Assembly: GCA_049967315.1 (NCBI GenBank)
Contig: JBMFSZ010000001.1
Location: 1 to 33,185 of the forward strand
Source: Desulfomonilaceae bacterium
GTDB lineage: Bacteria > Desulfobacterota > Desulfomonilia > Desulfomonilales > Desulfomonilaceae
Direction: 5' to 3'
Length of the DNA stretch: 33,185 bases
Shown here: positions 16,238 to 24,943 of the stretch, piece after piece
How positions within the stretch are numbered: the first letter of the stretch is position 1
Layout: each line of letters opens with the position of its first letter
Translations under genes and position numbers: made by a program
The notes under the pieces: model-generated
The model's database searches: none
The model's input: the letters and a program-made list of their open reading frames with translations, nothing else
What the model was told of the DNA's origin: nothing

Positions 16238-17530
16238 TTGAATTTTCAAACTGTTAGTCAAATCTCCGAATTGGATCAATACAGGACAACACTCTGTGGT
16301 TGGATTGCGAACCGCCGATCGTCAGGCAAAATAAGGTTCTTACAGCTTAGGGATGGAACAGGAGTAATCCAGTGCGTCGTACTCGCCGACAGAGTATCAC
16401 CCGAAATTTTCGATCTAGCCGATCACATCCCATACGAATCTTCAGTCATCGTGACAGGCGAAGTTCGGAAAGATCCACGTTCACCGATAGGGTTTGAGAT
16501 AACAGTCGACAACATCGAAGTCATTTCCGAGGCGCTCCCCTACCCTATATCCAAAAAGGACCACGGAGTAGCCTTCCTGATGGATCACAGACATCTCTGG
16601 TTGCGATCCTCGAGACAGACTGCCCTGATGAAGCTCCGCTCTGTTTTGACCCGATCGGCCCGCGCATATTTTGACGAGCTGGGTTTTGTTTCAATCGAAG
16701 CGCCGGTCCTTACTCCTACGGCATGCGAGGGGACGACCTCACTGTTTGAGGTAAACTACTTCGACAGGTCCGCATATCTCACACAATCAGGTCAGCTCTA
16801 CGGTGAAGCTGCGGCCATGGCCCTTGGCAAGATATATGTTTACGGGCCTACATTCCGCGCGGAGAAGTCAAAAACACGGCGGCATTTGACTGAATTCTGG
16901 ATGATCGAACCTGAAATGGCGTTCTGCGAATTAACTGATGCGATAGATCTTGCCGAAGGGCTAATCTGCAGAATGCTTTCTGATATTCTTAACAAATGCT
17001 CAACAGAGCTCAAGGTCCTTGAAAGGGACGTTTCCAGGCTTCAACTTGTACAGTCACCCTTTCCGAGAATCACATACTCAGATGCCATCGACATCCTGAA
17101 ACAGAAAGGTATGGACATTGATTGGGGAGCCGACCTTGGAGGGGATGAGGAATCAGTTCTTTCGGAAGCCTTTGACAGACCAGTTTTTGTTACACATTAT
17201 CCGGCTGACATAAAGGCTTTTTACATGAAAAGGGACCTGGCAGACCGCAGACTAGCTCTCGCAGTTGACCTTCTTGCGCCCGAAGGTTATGGGGAAATCA
17301 TCGGCGGAGGGCAACGAGAGGATTCACTTGAAATTCTGGAAAAGCGAATTGCTGATCACGGACTAGATAAGCAGCCTCTCGAATGGTACCTGGACCTCAG
17401 AAGATACGGATCAGTTCCCCATGCAGGTTTTGGAATGGGAATTGAGCGGGCCCTAGCATGGATAGCTGGGATACACCACGTAAGAGAAACTATCGCCTTC
17501 CCTAGGCTATTAGACAGGCTATACCCATAA
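16238..17530 (+). CDS. asnS: Asparagine--tRNA ligase (short, ~430-aa type).
   Basis: Class IIb aaRS. It has an N-terminal OB fold (LCGWIANRRSSGKIRFLQLRDGTG), FRAEKSKTRRHLTEFWMIEPEMAF (an AsnRS-type motif 2 region), IKAFYMK and GFGMGIERALAWI (motif 3). The start is TTG, and no in-frame ATG lies nearby. Confidence 0.85.
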   Translation: MNFQTVSQISELDQYRTTLCGWIANRRSSGKIRFLQLRDGTGVIQCVVLADRVSPEIFDLADHIPYESSVIVTGEVRKDPRSPIGFEITVDNIEVISEALPYPISKKDHGVAFLMDHRHLWLRSSRQTALMKLRSVLTRSARAYFDELGFVSIEAPVLTPTACEGTTSLFEVNYFDRSAYLTQSGQLYGEAAAMALGKIYVYGPTFRAEKSKTRRHLTEFWMIEPEMAFCELTDAIDLAEGLICRMLSDILNKCSTELKVLERDVSRLQLVQSPFPRITYSDAIDILKQKGMDIDWGADLGGDEESVLSEAFDRPVFVTHYPADIKAFYMKRDLADRRLALAVDLLAPEGYGEIIGGGQREDSLEILEKRIADHGLDKQPLEWYLDLRRYGSVPHAGFGMGIERALAWIAGIHHVRETIAFPRLLDRLYP

Positions 17531-17543
17531 CTTGAGTTATGGG
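17524..17543. terminator. Perfect 8-bp hairpin overlapping the asnS stop codon, between convergent asnS and infC.
   Basis: CCCATAAC (17524-17531) pairs with GTTATGGG (17536-17543) around the loop TTGA. The asnS TAA is at 17528-17530. There is no adjacent U-tract on either strand. Confidence 0.3.
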
Positions 17544-17602
17544 CATAGCTGAATCTTGCTTTAAAAAGCCTTACGACTCATTGATTCGCTGTGGGTTGTT
17601 TT

Positions 17603-18140
17603 TTATTTTGGCGCCAAAACCATGGTCATGTTACGACCTTCCAGTTTTGGGGGTTGTTCTATCTCAACACTGTCAGCGATAAGCTCTTTCAATTTGTCCA
17701 TGAGAGCGGCAGCCAGTTCAGGATGCGTTATCTCACGTCCCCAGAACATGATCGTTACTTTAACCTTGCAGGATTCAGAGACGAAACGCTGGATCTGTTT
17801 GACCTTGTGCTCAAGATCATGTTCCTCAGTCTTGGGCCTAAGTTTAACCTCTTTCAGGACAACAGTAGCCTGTTTCTTCTTCCGCTCATGATCCTTCTTG
17901 GTTTCTTCAAATCGAAACTTACCATAATCCATGATCTTGCACACAGGTGGGTCAACGTTGGGAGCAACCTCCACCAAATCGAGTCCATATTCTTCCGCTC
18001 TTCGAAGAGCTTCTGCAAGATCCAGAATACCTAACTGCTCACCCTCGGGTGATATCGCTCGCACCTGAGCGGCGCGAATCTTTTGGTTTACCCTGACCTT
18101 GGGTTCCGCTACCACGGAGCCTCTTGGTCTTCCTTTCATG
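17603..18140 (-). CDS. infC: Translation initiation factor IF-3.
   Basis: NQKIRAAQVRAISPEGEQLGILDLAEALRRAEEYGLDLVEVAPNVDPPVCKIMDYGKFRFE plus the C-terminal domain. I prefer the ATG at 18140 (GGGGG 8 nt upstream). The track start at 18145 is a TTG only 2 nt from that purine run. Confidence 0.93.
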
Positions 18141-18196
18141 CGCAATGCCCCCTTGTAAGTGAAAAAGGAATCATTTTTCTTTTACTCTTCCCGAAC

Positions 18197-20110
18197 TCAG
18201 AAAGAGCGCATACTAATTTCTTGGTCAAGCGTATTGATAAATTGCGCAAGATCTTCATTAACTGTAGAATCCTGCCCACGTTTCCTGACAGCGATAGTTC
18301 CGGTCTCTAATTCCTTGTCACCAAGTACGATCATATAAGGAATTTTTTGATTACGGGCCTCCCGAATCTTGAAACCTATCTTCTCGTTCCTCAGATCCAG
18401 GTCGACACGGACATCGTGTTTTCTTAGGGCCTCAGCAACTTCCATGGCATAATTGTCTGTCCTGTCAGTGATCGTGAGAACCACGACCTGAACCGGAGCT
18501 AGCCACAAAGGAAATGCCCCGGAATAGTGTTCAATAAGGACGCCGAGGAATCGTTCAATCGCTCCGAGAACGACCCTGTGAATCATCACAGGCCTTTTCC
18601 GCGTTCCGTCAGCGTCGACGTATGTCAAACCGAATCGCTCAGGCAAAGTGAAATCACATTGAATTGTGGCGCACTGCCAAGATCTTGAAAGAGCGTCCGT
18701 AAGTTTTATGTCAATCTTGGGCCCGTAAAATGCCCCATCCCCTTGGTTAATTTCGTATGGCAATTCCAGTGACTTCAAGGCGCTCTCGAGAGCCGAAGTA
18801 GCACGCTCCCAATCCTCGTCAGAGCCTATGGATTTTTCAGGCCTAGTGCTGAGTTCCATGGTGTATTCGAATCCGAATATGCCCATGACGTCTTTTACGA
18901 AATTTATGATCCCAAGGATTTCGTCATTGAGTTGATCCGGCCTACAAAGTATATGCGCGTCATCCTGGGTAAACTGTCTCACCCGGAGTAACCCGTGAAG
19001 CACGCCACTTTTTTCGTGCCGATGAACAGTTCCGAGCTCGAAGTATCTTATAGGAAGATCTCGGTATGACCTGATCCTGGATTTGTAAATTATCATGTGG
19101 GAAAGGCAGTTCATCGGTTTAATACCGTAATCGATCTCATCTACGGTTGTAAAATACATGTTCTCCCGATAATTATCGAAATGCCCCGATTTTTCCCATA
19201 GTTCACGTTTAAGAATCTGGGGTCCAACCACCATTTGGTAGCCCCGCCTCAAATGCTCCTTCCGTTCAAACTCTTCAATCAGATATCTCAACATGGCGCC
19301 CTTCGGGTGCCAAATTACCATTCCAGGACCGGCCTCATCAGATATGGAAAACAGGTCGAGCTCTTTTCCGAGCTTCCGATGATCCCGGCGCTTGGCCTCT
19401 TCAATTAACTCAAGATGCCGCTTCAATTCATCTTTCGAAGGAAAAGCCGTACCATAGATCCTCTGCAGCATCCTGTTTCGCTCATCGCCGCGCCAATAGG
19501 CGCCTGCCACCTTAGTAAGCTTGAAAGCTTTAATAACTGAAGAAACAGGGATGTGGGGCCCTCTGCACAAATCTGTAAAATTGCCCTGTGAATACAGATT
19601 TACCTCATCCGCGTTTATAGCCTCGATCAATTCAATCTTGTAATTTTCTCCGAGTTCTTTGAAAAACTGGATAGCTTCATCTCTCGGAAGGACAACTTTC
19701 CTGAAGGGCAGTTTACTCTTAATAATTTCACGCATTCGGATTTCGATTTTTTCGAGATCTTCAGGAGTAAATGGCTTCGGCGAATCAAAATCGTAGTAGA
19801 AACCGTCAGCGATTGCGGGCCCTATGGTAACTTTGACTTCTGGAAAAAGTTCTTTAACTGCCTGCGCCATTATATGAGCGGCGGAATGTCGGAGGATTTC
19901 AAGGCCCTTGGGTGTGTTAACGGATATAAAGTCCAGTCGACCCGATTCTATAATCGGTTGGCTTAGATCAATTTGTTGCCCATTAAATTCGGCGGCAATA
20001 ATTTCCGCTTTTCCCGATGGGGCAAACTCTTTCAGGATCTCAGCAGCAGTTATCCCTGGACCGTAAGTCTTTGGTATGTCTTGAACAGTAATTTCTAGGA
20101 GGGAATTCAT
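18197..20110 (-). CDS. thrS: Threonine--tRNA ligase.
   Basis: TGS N-terminus, editing domain ([11 protein letters not shown]), class II core ([52 protein letters not shown]) and anticodon-binding domain. The start is ambiguous. ATG 20110 ([11 protein letters not shown]) aligns best with known N-termini. ATG 20143 is the longest ORF. Confidence 0.95.
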   Translation of the reverse strand: MNSLLEITVQDIPKTYGPGITAAEILKEFAPSGKAEIIAAEFNGQQIDLSQPIIESGRLDFISVNTPKGLEILRHSAAHIMAQAVKELFPEVKVTIGPAIADGFYYDFDSPKPFTPEDLEKIEIRMREIIKSKLPFRKVVLPRDEAIQFFKELGENYKIELIEAINADEVNLYSQGNFTDLCRGPHIPVSSVIKAFKLTKVAGAYWRGDERNRMLQRIYGTAFPSKDELKRHLELIEEAKRRDHRKLGKELDLFSISDEAGPGMVIWHPKGAMLRYLIEEFERKEHLRRGYQMVVGPQILKRELWEKSGHFDNYRENMYFTTVDEIDYGIKPMNCLSHMIIYKSRIRSYRDLPIRYFELGTVHRHEKSGVLHGLLRVRQFTQDDAHILCRPDQLNDEILGIINFVKDVMGIFGFEYTMELSTRPEKSIGSDEDWERATSALESALKSLELPYEINQGDGAFYGPKIDIKLTDALSRSWQCATIQCDFTLPERFGLTYVDADGTRKRPVMIHRVVLGAIERFLGVLIEHYSGAFPLWLAPVQVVVLTITDRTDNYAMEVAEALRKHDVRVDLDLRNEKIGFKIREARNQKIPYMIVLGDKELETGTIAVRKRGQDSTVNEDLAQFINTLDQEISMRSF

Positions 20111-20201
20111 GCCTGGGAATGCTCTAGCGCTTTGAAAATCCATTCCCGAAAGTTTAACAACATCTACTCAGCTAACCTCCACTTGATTCGAATATTCTTC
20201 A

Positions 20202-20276
20202 TGGTAGGCGCGTGGGGATTTGAACCCCAGACCCTCACCGCGTCAAGGTGATGCTCTCCCCCTGAGCTACGCGCCT
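20202..20276 (-). tRNA. tRNA-Val (anticodon GAC), CCA encoded.
   Basis: The reverse complement reads AGGCGCG TA GCTC AGGGGGA GAGC A TCACC TTGACGC GGTGA GGGTC TGGGG TTCAAAT CCCCA CGCGCCT A CCA. It has a 7-bp acceptor stem, a 4-bp D stem, a 5-bp anticodon stem with loop TTGACGC (anticodon GAC), a 5-nt variable loop and a 5-bp T stem with a TTCAAAT loop. Confidence 0.95.
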
Positions 20277-20295
20277 AGATTTAATCTAAACGATT

Positions 20296-20314
20296 AACAA
20301 GCGTTGAGCTTGTT
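20296..20314 (-). terminator. 7-bp perfect hairpin between the thioredoxin-like gene and tRNA-Val.
   Basis: AACAAGC (20296-20302) pairs with GCTTGTT (20308-20314) around a 5-nt loop. Only a weak T-rich tail follows on the minus strand. A TTGACA lies just upstream on the minus strand, so it could instead belong to the tRNA/thrS promoter region. Confidence 0.25.
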
Positions 20315-20352
20315 GTCAAGACAAAACTCATTCTCGGGACAATCGCAAAAGA

Positions 20353-21018
20353 TCATCTCATCGAATATCTGCCGTCAATTTCAGTTCTCTTCTGTGAAAC
20401 ACAGGTACGACCGTCAGCTATGAGTTTTTGCAACATTGCTTGAGCCGAAGAATCATTCCATCTGGCAGGGCCGACACTGTAACCAATAACGGAACCTCTG
20501 CAATCGACTATGTAAGTTGTAGGAAAGCCAGGGACCTCGAGTATCGCCTCGTGTTTGGGATTCACTACGAAAGAGGTTCTTTTTCCCGCCATGTCCACGA
20601 TTTTCAAACTGAAACCCTTGCCGCCATCATATAAAATCGAAAAAGGAGATCTGGCGGTGGCAGCGTATCTCTGCACCGCTGAAGGGGGATCTACAAGGTT
20701 GATTCCCAATATTGCCAAACCGGAACCACCGTAAGTTCTCCTTAGGTTTTCCAAAAGAGGCTCCTCCATCTTACAGGCAGGACAGGTTATAGACCAGAAA
20801 TGTAGCAACACGACCTTTCCTCTGTAATCATTGAGAGAAACTATTTGACCCGAAGGGGTCCGGAGGACAAGGTCCGAGACTTTATAAGGCTTTGGATAAA
20901 GATAGATATTGGCTTGAGTGAGTGGATCTGCGGCGTTCGATATGCCGAGACATGGGCCAAAGGCCAGAATGGCGAGTGATGTCAGAATCATAATTGAATA
21001 ACGCAGCGGGCGAGTCAT
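20353..21018 (-). CDS. Periplasmic thiol:disulfide oxidoreductase, TlpA/ResA-like (redoxin fold).
   Basis: The start was moved to ATG 21018, which has GGAGG 4 nt upstream. This gives MTRPLRYSIMILTSLAILAFGPCLGISNA (signal or anchor sequence). The CxxC active site is in VVLLHFWSITCPACKME. Confidence 0.8.
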   Translation of the reverse strand: MTRPLRYSIMILTSLAILAFGPCLGISNAADPLTQANIYLYPKPYKVSDLVLRTPSGQIVSLNDYRGKVVLLHFWSITCPACKMEEPLLENLRRTYGGSGLAILGINLVDPPSAVQRYAATARSPFSILYDGGKGFSLKIVDMAGKRTSFVVNPKHEAILEVPGFPTTYIVDCRGSVIGYSVGPARWNDSSAQAMLQKLIADGRTCVSQKRTEIDGRYSMR

Positions 21019-21042
21019 CGGACCTCCATGCTTATATAACAT

Positions 21043-21054
21043 TTGAATATTCAA
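21043..21054. promoter_or_regulatory. Perfect 12-bp palindrome TTGAATATTCAA in the divergent tlpA-like/hprK intergenic region. Candidate operator.
   Basis: Read directly from the sequence. On the minus strand it overlaps or abuts the candidate -10 element of the tlpA-like gene. Confidence 0.3.
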
Positions 21055-21081
21055 TTTATAATATAGGTTGAACACTGTCAA
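21053..21081 (-). promoter_or_regulatory. Sigma70-like promoter for the thioredoxin-like gene.
   Basis: The minus strand reads TTGACA (21081-21076), then TATAAA after a 15-nt spacer or TAAATT after a 17-nt spacer (21060-21053), about 35-40 nt upstream of ATG 21018. Confidence 0.3.
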
Positions 21082-21134
21082 CGGTTTTTTGATACACTGC
21101 AGGAACATGTCAGATTTGTCTATGCAAATTCGTC

Positions 21135-21629
21135 ATGGTATATTGCGATATGATTGAACCAAAAATGTTCCAGGGTACGCTCGTAAATGTCAAGGGAACC
21201 GGTGTGCTTATTATCGGGCAACCGGGCTCGGGTAAATCTCTGGCCGCTCTCAGTCTCATGAGATCGGGGCACAAACTTATAGCTGACGATCTAATGCTGG
21301 TTACTGAGCAGGACATCGGTCGATTGGTAGGACACCGTATTGAAGATAATGTTCGGATTGAAATTCGCGGCATGGGAATATTTCAGGCTAGAGCTCTTTT
21401 CCCGAACGCCACCGAAGCTTCATCTCCAATAGATTTTGTTGTAGAACTGACGCATTATTCTCCGGACAGAGACGCCGGTCGAATTGCGCCTGTCATTACT
21501 GAAACTATGATAATGGGCCATAATTTTGAAAAAGTCCTTGCTCCGGTAGTAGCCGGCATGGATCCTGGTTTTTTGATTGAGCTGATTGTCCGCTCCAGGA
21601 ATCAATGGAGAAGTTTTGAACAAACGTAA
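21135..21629 (+). CDS. hprK: HPr kinase/phosphorylase, short form (catalytic C-terminal domain only).
   Basis: 164 aa. GTLVNVKGTGVLIIGQPGSGKSLAALSLMRSGHKLIADD matches the P-loop plus LxADD region, and IEIRGMGIF matches IRGxGI. The ~130-aa N-terminal domain of full-length HprK is absent. Possible starts are 21135, 21150 and 21165. Confidence 0.8.
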   Translation: MVYCDMIEPKMFQGTLVNVKGTGVLIIGQPGSGKSLAALSLMRSGHKLIADDLMLVTEQDIGRLVGHRIEDNVRIEIRGMGIFQARALFPNATEASSPIDFVVELTHYSPDRDAGRIAPVITETMIMGHNFEKVLAPVVAGMDPGFLIELIVRSRNQWRSFEQT

Positions 21630-22500
21630 AATAGTTATAGTTACCGGTTTGTCAGGTTCTGGAAAATCTACTGTCGCGCGCACACTTGAAGATCTGGGTT
21701 ACTTTTGTGTGGACAACCTCCCTGTAGACCTGGCCCCCAAGCTCATCGAATTAATGGACAGCGGGGAGACGGAACTCAGGAAAATTGCGCTGATTATCGA
21801 CTTAAGGCAGAGGAAATTCTTTCCGAGATATTCCGAAATCCTGGATTCACTAGAATTGCGTGACACTTATCTGGAAATACTGTTTCTCGATGCCAGAGAT
21901 GAAGTACTGATCAGGCGATACAGTGAGACCAGACGCCAACATCCGCTTGCACTGGACGGTGACATAATTGAAGGCATAAGAAAAGAGCGGCTGGAACTTA
22001 AAGAAATCCGGAACAGGGCTCAAAGAATTATTGACACCTCGGACATAACAGTGCATGAGTTGAGAGATGACATAAAAAAGATTTATGCGGACATCCACAC
22101 AGGGGAATTGCAAATACAGGTAAACGCGTTTGGTTTTGGAAAGGGGATCCCTCTTGAATCAGACTTGGTATTTGACGTCCGTTTTTTGCCAAACCCTTTT
22201 TTCGTGGAACCACTTAGGGATAAAGACGGTAGGGACAGCGAAGTCATTGATTGGATACTAGAAAAACCTGTTACAGGGACGTTTCTCGAAAAAATCTATG
22301 ACTTGCTGAATTTTCTTTTACCTCTTTACATTAGAGAAGGAAAACAGTACCTTACCATCTCGGTTGGGTGCACGGGGGGACGGCACAGGTCCGTAGTCAT
22401 CGCATCCAGGTTGGCTAATAGACTGGTTGCTCAAGGTTATCACAACGTTCGGCTGAAGTTCCGGGAACTTGGAGTTGAATCGCGTCTGAGAGCTGACTGA
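21586..22500 (+). CDS. rapZ: RNase adapter / nucleotide-binding protein RapZ (YvcJ/YhbJ family).
   Basis: IVIVTGLSGSGKSTVARTLEDLGYFCVDNLP (Walker A), DVRFLPNPF and CTGGRHRSV. The start is uncertain between TTG 21586 and TTG 21616. Either one overlaps the end of hprK (stop at 21627-21629). Confidence 0.9.
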   Translation: MSAPGINGEVLNKRKIVIVTGLSGSGKSTVARTLEDLGYFCVDNLPVDLAPKLIELMDSGETELRKIALIIDLRQRKFFPRYSEILDSLELRDTYLEILFLDARDEVLIRRYSETRRQHPLALDGDIIEGIRKERLELKEIRNRAQRIIDTSDITVHELRDDIKKIYADIHTGELQIQVNAFGFGKGIPLESDLVFDVRFLPNPFFVEPLRDKDGRDSEVIDWILEKPVTGTFLEKIYDLLNFLLPLYIREGKQYLTISVGCTGGRHRSVVIASRLANRLVAQGYHNVRLKFRELGVESRLRAD

Positions 22501-22616
22501 CATCGATTCGTTTGGTTTGGCCCCGAGATTTCGATACAGACATCACGGGCATATGGAATATAAAGTTTTGGTGGCAGGGGAAATACCCCCTGTTGATTAA
22601 CAGGAAGATCGTCACA

Positions 22617-23030
22617 ATGATCGGCATTCTCGTATTAACCCATGGGGAACTTGGGGTTAAATTTCTGGATACCGCACGTCTTATTGGTTTAAAATCTGAC
22701 GAAGGGGTTGTAGCTCTGTCCATTGATCCTGACGGTTCACCCGATACACTGAGGGAACAGGTTGCAAAAGCTATAGTCAAAACCAACTCAGGATCAGGAA
22801 TACTAATACTTACTGACCTCTTTGGTGGAACACCGACAAATGTTTCATTGTCTTTTCTTGAAGAAGGACGTGTAGAAGTTGTGACAGGTCTGAATTTACC
22901 GATGCTTATCAAGTCGGTTAACGCTCGTGACGATTATGATTTGAACGGGCTTGCGCAACTCGCGGCGGACGCCGGCAAGGAAAACATCTACAGGGCATCC
23001 GATGTCCTGAGACAAAGGCGCCCACGCTGA
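22617..23030 (+). CDS. PTS EIIA component, mannose/fructose/sorbose family.
   Basis: The start was moved to ATG 22617 (AGGAAG upstream). MIGILVLTHGELG contains the phosphorylatable His, and ILILTDLFGGTPTNV is also present. The upstream 35 aa of the track ORF show no homology-like features. Confidence 0.85.
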   Translation: MIGILVLTHGELGVKFLDTARLIGLKSDEGVVALSIDPDGSPDTLREQVAKAIVKTNSGSGILILTDLFGGTPTNVSLSFLEEGRVEVVTGLNLPMLIKSVNARDDYDLNGLAQLAADAGKENIYRASDVLRQRRPR

Positions 23031-23079
23031 TCGTGATATAATAAACAGTTTTTCGTTGAAAGAACCGTGGTTTTAACCA

Positions 23080-23595
23080 ATGCCTATAGTACTTCTTAGA
23101 GTAGATGATCGCTTTGTCCATGGCCAGATTCTGCAGGGATGGCTTCCGTCAACCCGCGCTCAGGAGCTTTACATTGCCAATGATGGCCTGGCTGAGGACG
23201 AAGTCCAAAAAATGATAATGGAATGCGCCATTCCTTACTCCGTAAAGATAGTGATAGATCATGTAGAAACCATAGCGCGCCTGCTTAACGAAGTGGATAA
23301 TAAGGACATCAGGCGTATGGTCATAGTGGACACCCCCGTGGACGCGTTGAGGCTCATCAAAGCAGGAGTCAAGTTTAGTCATCTAAACCTTGGCAATATG
23401 ACAGGAAACGGAAAAGGGAAATCCCTTACGCGATCTGTGGCGGTCGGAGAAGAGTCTCTGATGGCGCTAAGGGAAATACTCGATACCGGTATTGATATCA
23501 GCGTCCAGAGTGTTCCATTCGAGAAACCGATAAATTTCTGCGACCTGTGCAATTGTTCATCTTTTTGTCCGTCTCCCCAGGATGCCCTGATGTAA
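23080..23595 (+). CDS. PTS EIIB component, mannose/fructose/sorbose family, with a Cys-rich C-terminal tail.
   Basis: MPIVLLRVDDRFVHGQILQGW matches the IIB-Man active-site motif (RIDDRLIHGQ). Also present are IANDGLAEDEVQK and HLNLGNM. The tail is FCDLCNCSSFCPSP. Confidence 0.8.
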   Translation: MPIVLLRVDDRFVHGQILQGWLPSTRAQELYIANDGLAEDEVQKMIMECAIPYSVKIVIDHVETIARLLNEVDNKDIRRMVIVDTPVDALRLIKAGVKFSHLNLGNMTGNGKGKSLTRSVAVGEESLMALREILDTGIDISVQSVPFEKPINFCDLCNCSSFCPSPQDALM

Positions 23596-23618
23596 AGATC
23601 CTGAGTACAAGGATATTG

Positions 23619-24308
23619 ATGTTACAAGAGGCTTTTCTCGCTGGCCCTATTGGTAGTCTTTTATGGTTGGACCGGTACCAGATCGGCCAGTTGATGATTT
23701 CACGCCCGATAGTTGTCGGGTCCATTCTTGGGGGTGTTCTAGGTGACATAACAACAGGGTTGTCAGTCGGAGTCCTTTTCGAGGTGCTTTGGCTAAGACG
23801 ACCACCCATCGGTGGATTCATCGCCCCTGATGTGACTTTCGCCTCAGCCATTTCAGCATCCATCGCCATAATTGTACATGGTCAACATCATTTCGATGTG
23901 CTTGCGTTGGCTCTCCTGAGCTTCATGCTTTGCATGCCGCTAGCTTTTCTCGGAAGCAAGCTCGACCTTGTTGTAAGACTATGTCTGGGTAAAATGGCAA
24001 TTCCTGCGGGTGAAGCTCTCGCTCAAAGGGATAGCCCAAAACTGGCTATTTTTTTCATTTCATCCCTAATCACCGGTTTTGTAATCTGTTTGCTCACCCA
24101 GGTTCCAATCATAATCGTAGGGTCCGTTGTCCTTAACCACATAGTTAAAATTTGGCCGCAAAACCTTCTAGAAGCCCTCAAATTCGCTTATTTGGCCGTG
24201 CCAACTCTCGGAGCCTTGGACATGCTGGCCGGTAATCTCGACAAATCTTCTCTGATCTATTTTGTTATAGGTCTTGTGGGCACAATCAGCTTCCACATTT
24301 TTTTCTGA
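23619..24308 (+). CDS. PTS EIIC component, mannose/fructose/sorbose family.
   Basis: The start was moved to ATG 23619 (AAGGA upstream). LDRYQIGQLMISRPIVVGSILGGVLGDITTGLSVGVLFEVLWL...GGFIAPDVTFASAISA parallels the ManY-type N-terminus. There are about 6-7 hydrophobic segments. Confidence 0.75.
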   Translation: MLQEAFLAGPIGSLLWLDRYQIGQLMISRPIVVGSILGGVLGDITTGLSVGVLFEVLWLRRPPIGGFIAPDVTFASAISASIAIIVHGQHHFDVLALALLSFMLCMPLAFLGSKLDLVVRLCLGKMAIPAGEALAQRDSPKLAIFFISSLITGFVICLLTQVPIIIVGSVVLNHIVKIWPQNLLEALKFAYLAVPTLGALDMLAGNLDKSSLIYFVIGLVGTISFHIFF

Positions 24309-24347
24309 CTAGGATTCGTAAGCCTTTTAAAGATACATCAAGCCCGG

Positions 24348-24845
24348 ATGAATAACATAACATCACTTGATGCGAACATAACCTGGGAAAACCTTCTTGT
24401 CGCATTCCCTATGTCTTTGAAAGACCTGCCTGAAGTAATGGCAATCGAACGGACTACAGTTTACAGCCCATGGTCCGAAAACATGTTCATGAGGGAAATT
24501 GATCAAAAGAACCCCGGATTGATCATGTTCAGGTTGAGGGGCAAATTGGTGGGATATTTTTGTTTCTGGAAAGTCCTCGATGAGGCTCACTTACTAAATT
24601 TAAGCATACATGATGACTTTCGGGGAAAAGGCATGGGAACATTCCTGATGAAATACCTCGAACAAATGTGCATTAATATGAATATCACATCAATTTTGCT
24701 GGAGGTAGCCATATCAAACTATAACGCAATTAATTTATATAATAGATCTGGATTCTTAAGAATAGGAATCAGAAAGAAGTTTTATCAAGAGACAGGTGAT
24801 GATGCCATTGTAATGCAGAAGCGGCTAAAAAAGGCTAAAGAGTGA
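24348..24845 (+). CDS. rimI: Ribosomal-protein-alanine N-acetyltransferase (GNAT).
   Basis: VMAIERTTVYSPWSENMFMREI, AHLLNLSIHDDFRGKGMGTFLM and AINLYNRSGF are GNAT/RimI-type motifs. An alternative start is ATG 24411. Confidence 0.75.
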   Translation: MNNITSLDANITWENLLVAFPMSLKDLPEVMAIERTTVYSPWSENMFMREIDQKNPGLIMFRLRGKLVGYFCFWKVLDEAHLLNLSIHDDFRGKGMGTFLMKYLEQMCINMNITSILLEVAISNYNAINLYNRSGFLRIGIRKKFYQETGDDAIVMQKRLKKAKE

Positions 24846-24914
24846 ATATTTTCCAAGTTATATTGGACAACACCTCATAAAATTTTATTTTTTTAAAAAT
24901 ACTATTAATAAATA

Positions 24915-24943
24915 TTGATATTCCAAATAATAACATGTATAAG
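24915..24943 (+). promoter_or_regulatory. Near-consensus sigma70 promoter for the small lipoprotein gene.
   Basis: TTGATA (24915-24920), a 17-nt spacer, then TATAAG (24938-24943). It sits inside a strongly AT-rich 153-bp intergenic region, about 55 nt upstream of ATG 24999. Confidence 0.45.

Noticed and set aside
17591-18034. 147-aa plus-strand ORF overlapping infC.
   Set aside because: It is antisense to the unmistakable IF-3 frame, and its Leu/Phe/Ser-rich translation has no motifs.
22575-22592. Short hairpin CAGGGG-aaatac-CCCCTG in the rapZ-EIIA spacer, considered as a terminator or ncRNA.
   Set aside because: It has only 6 bp and no following U-tract. The 116-bp spacer is too short and featureless to support an RNA gene call.
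22415-22912. 165-aa minus-strand ORF spanning the rapZ end and the EIIA gene. The same reasoning applies to the antisense ORFs at 28082-28579, 4591-5031, 3507-3908 and 23498-23869.
   Set aside because: All are shadow ORFs opposite confidently assigned genes. None has a plausible ribosome-binding site or any recognisable domain signature.
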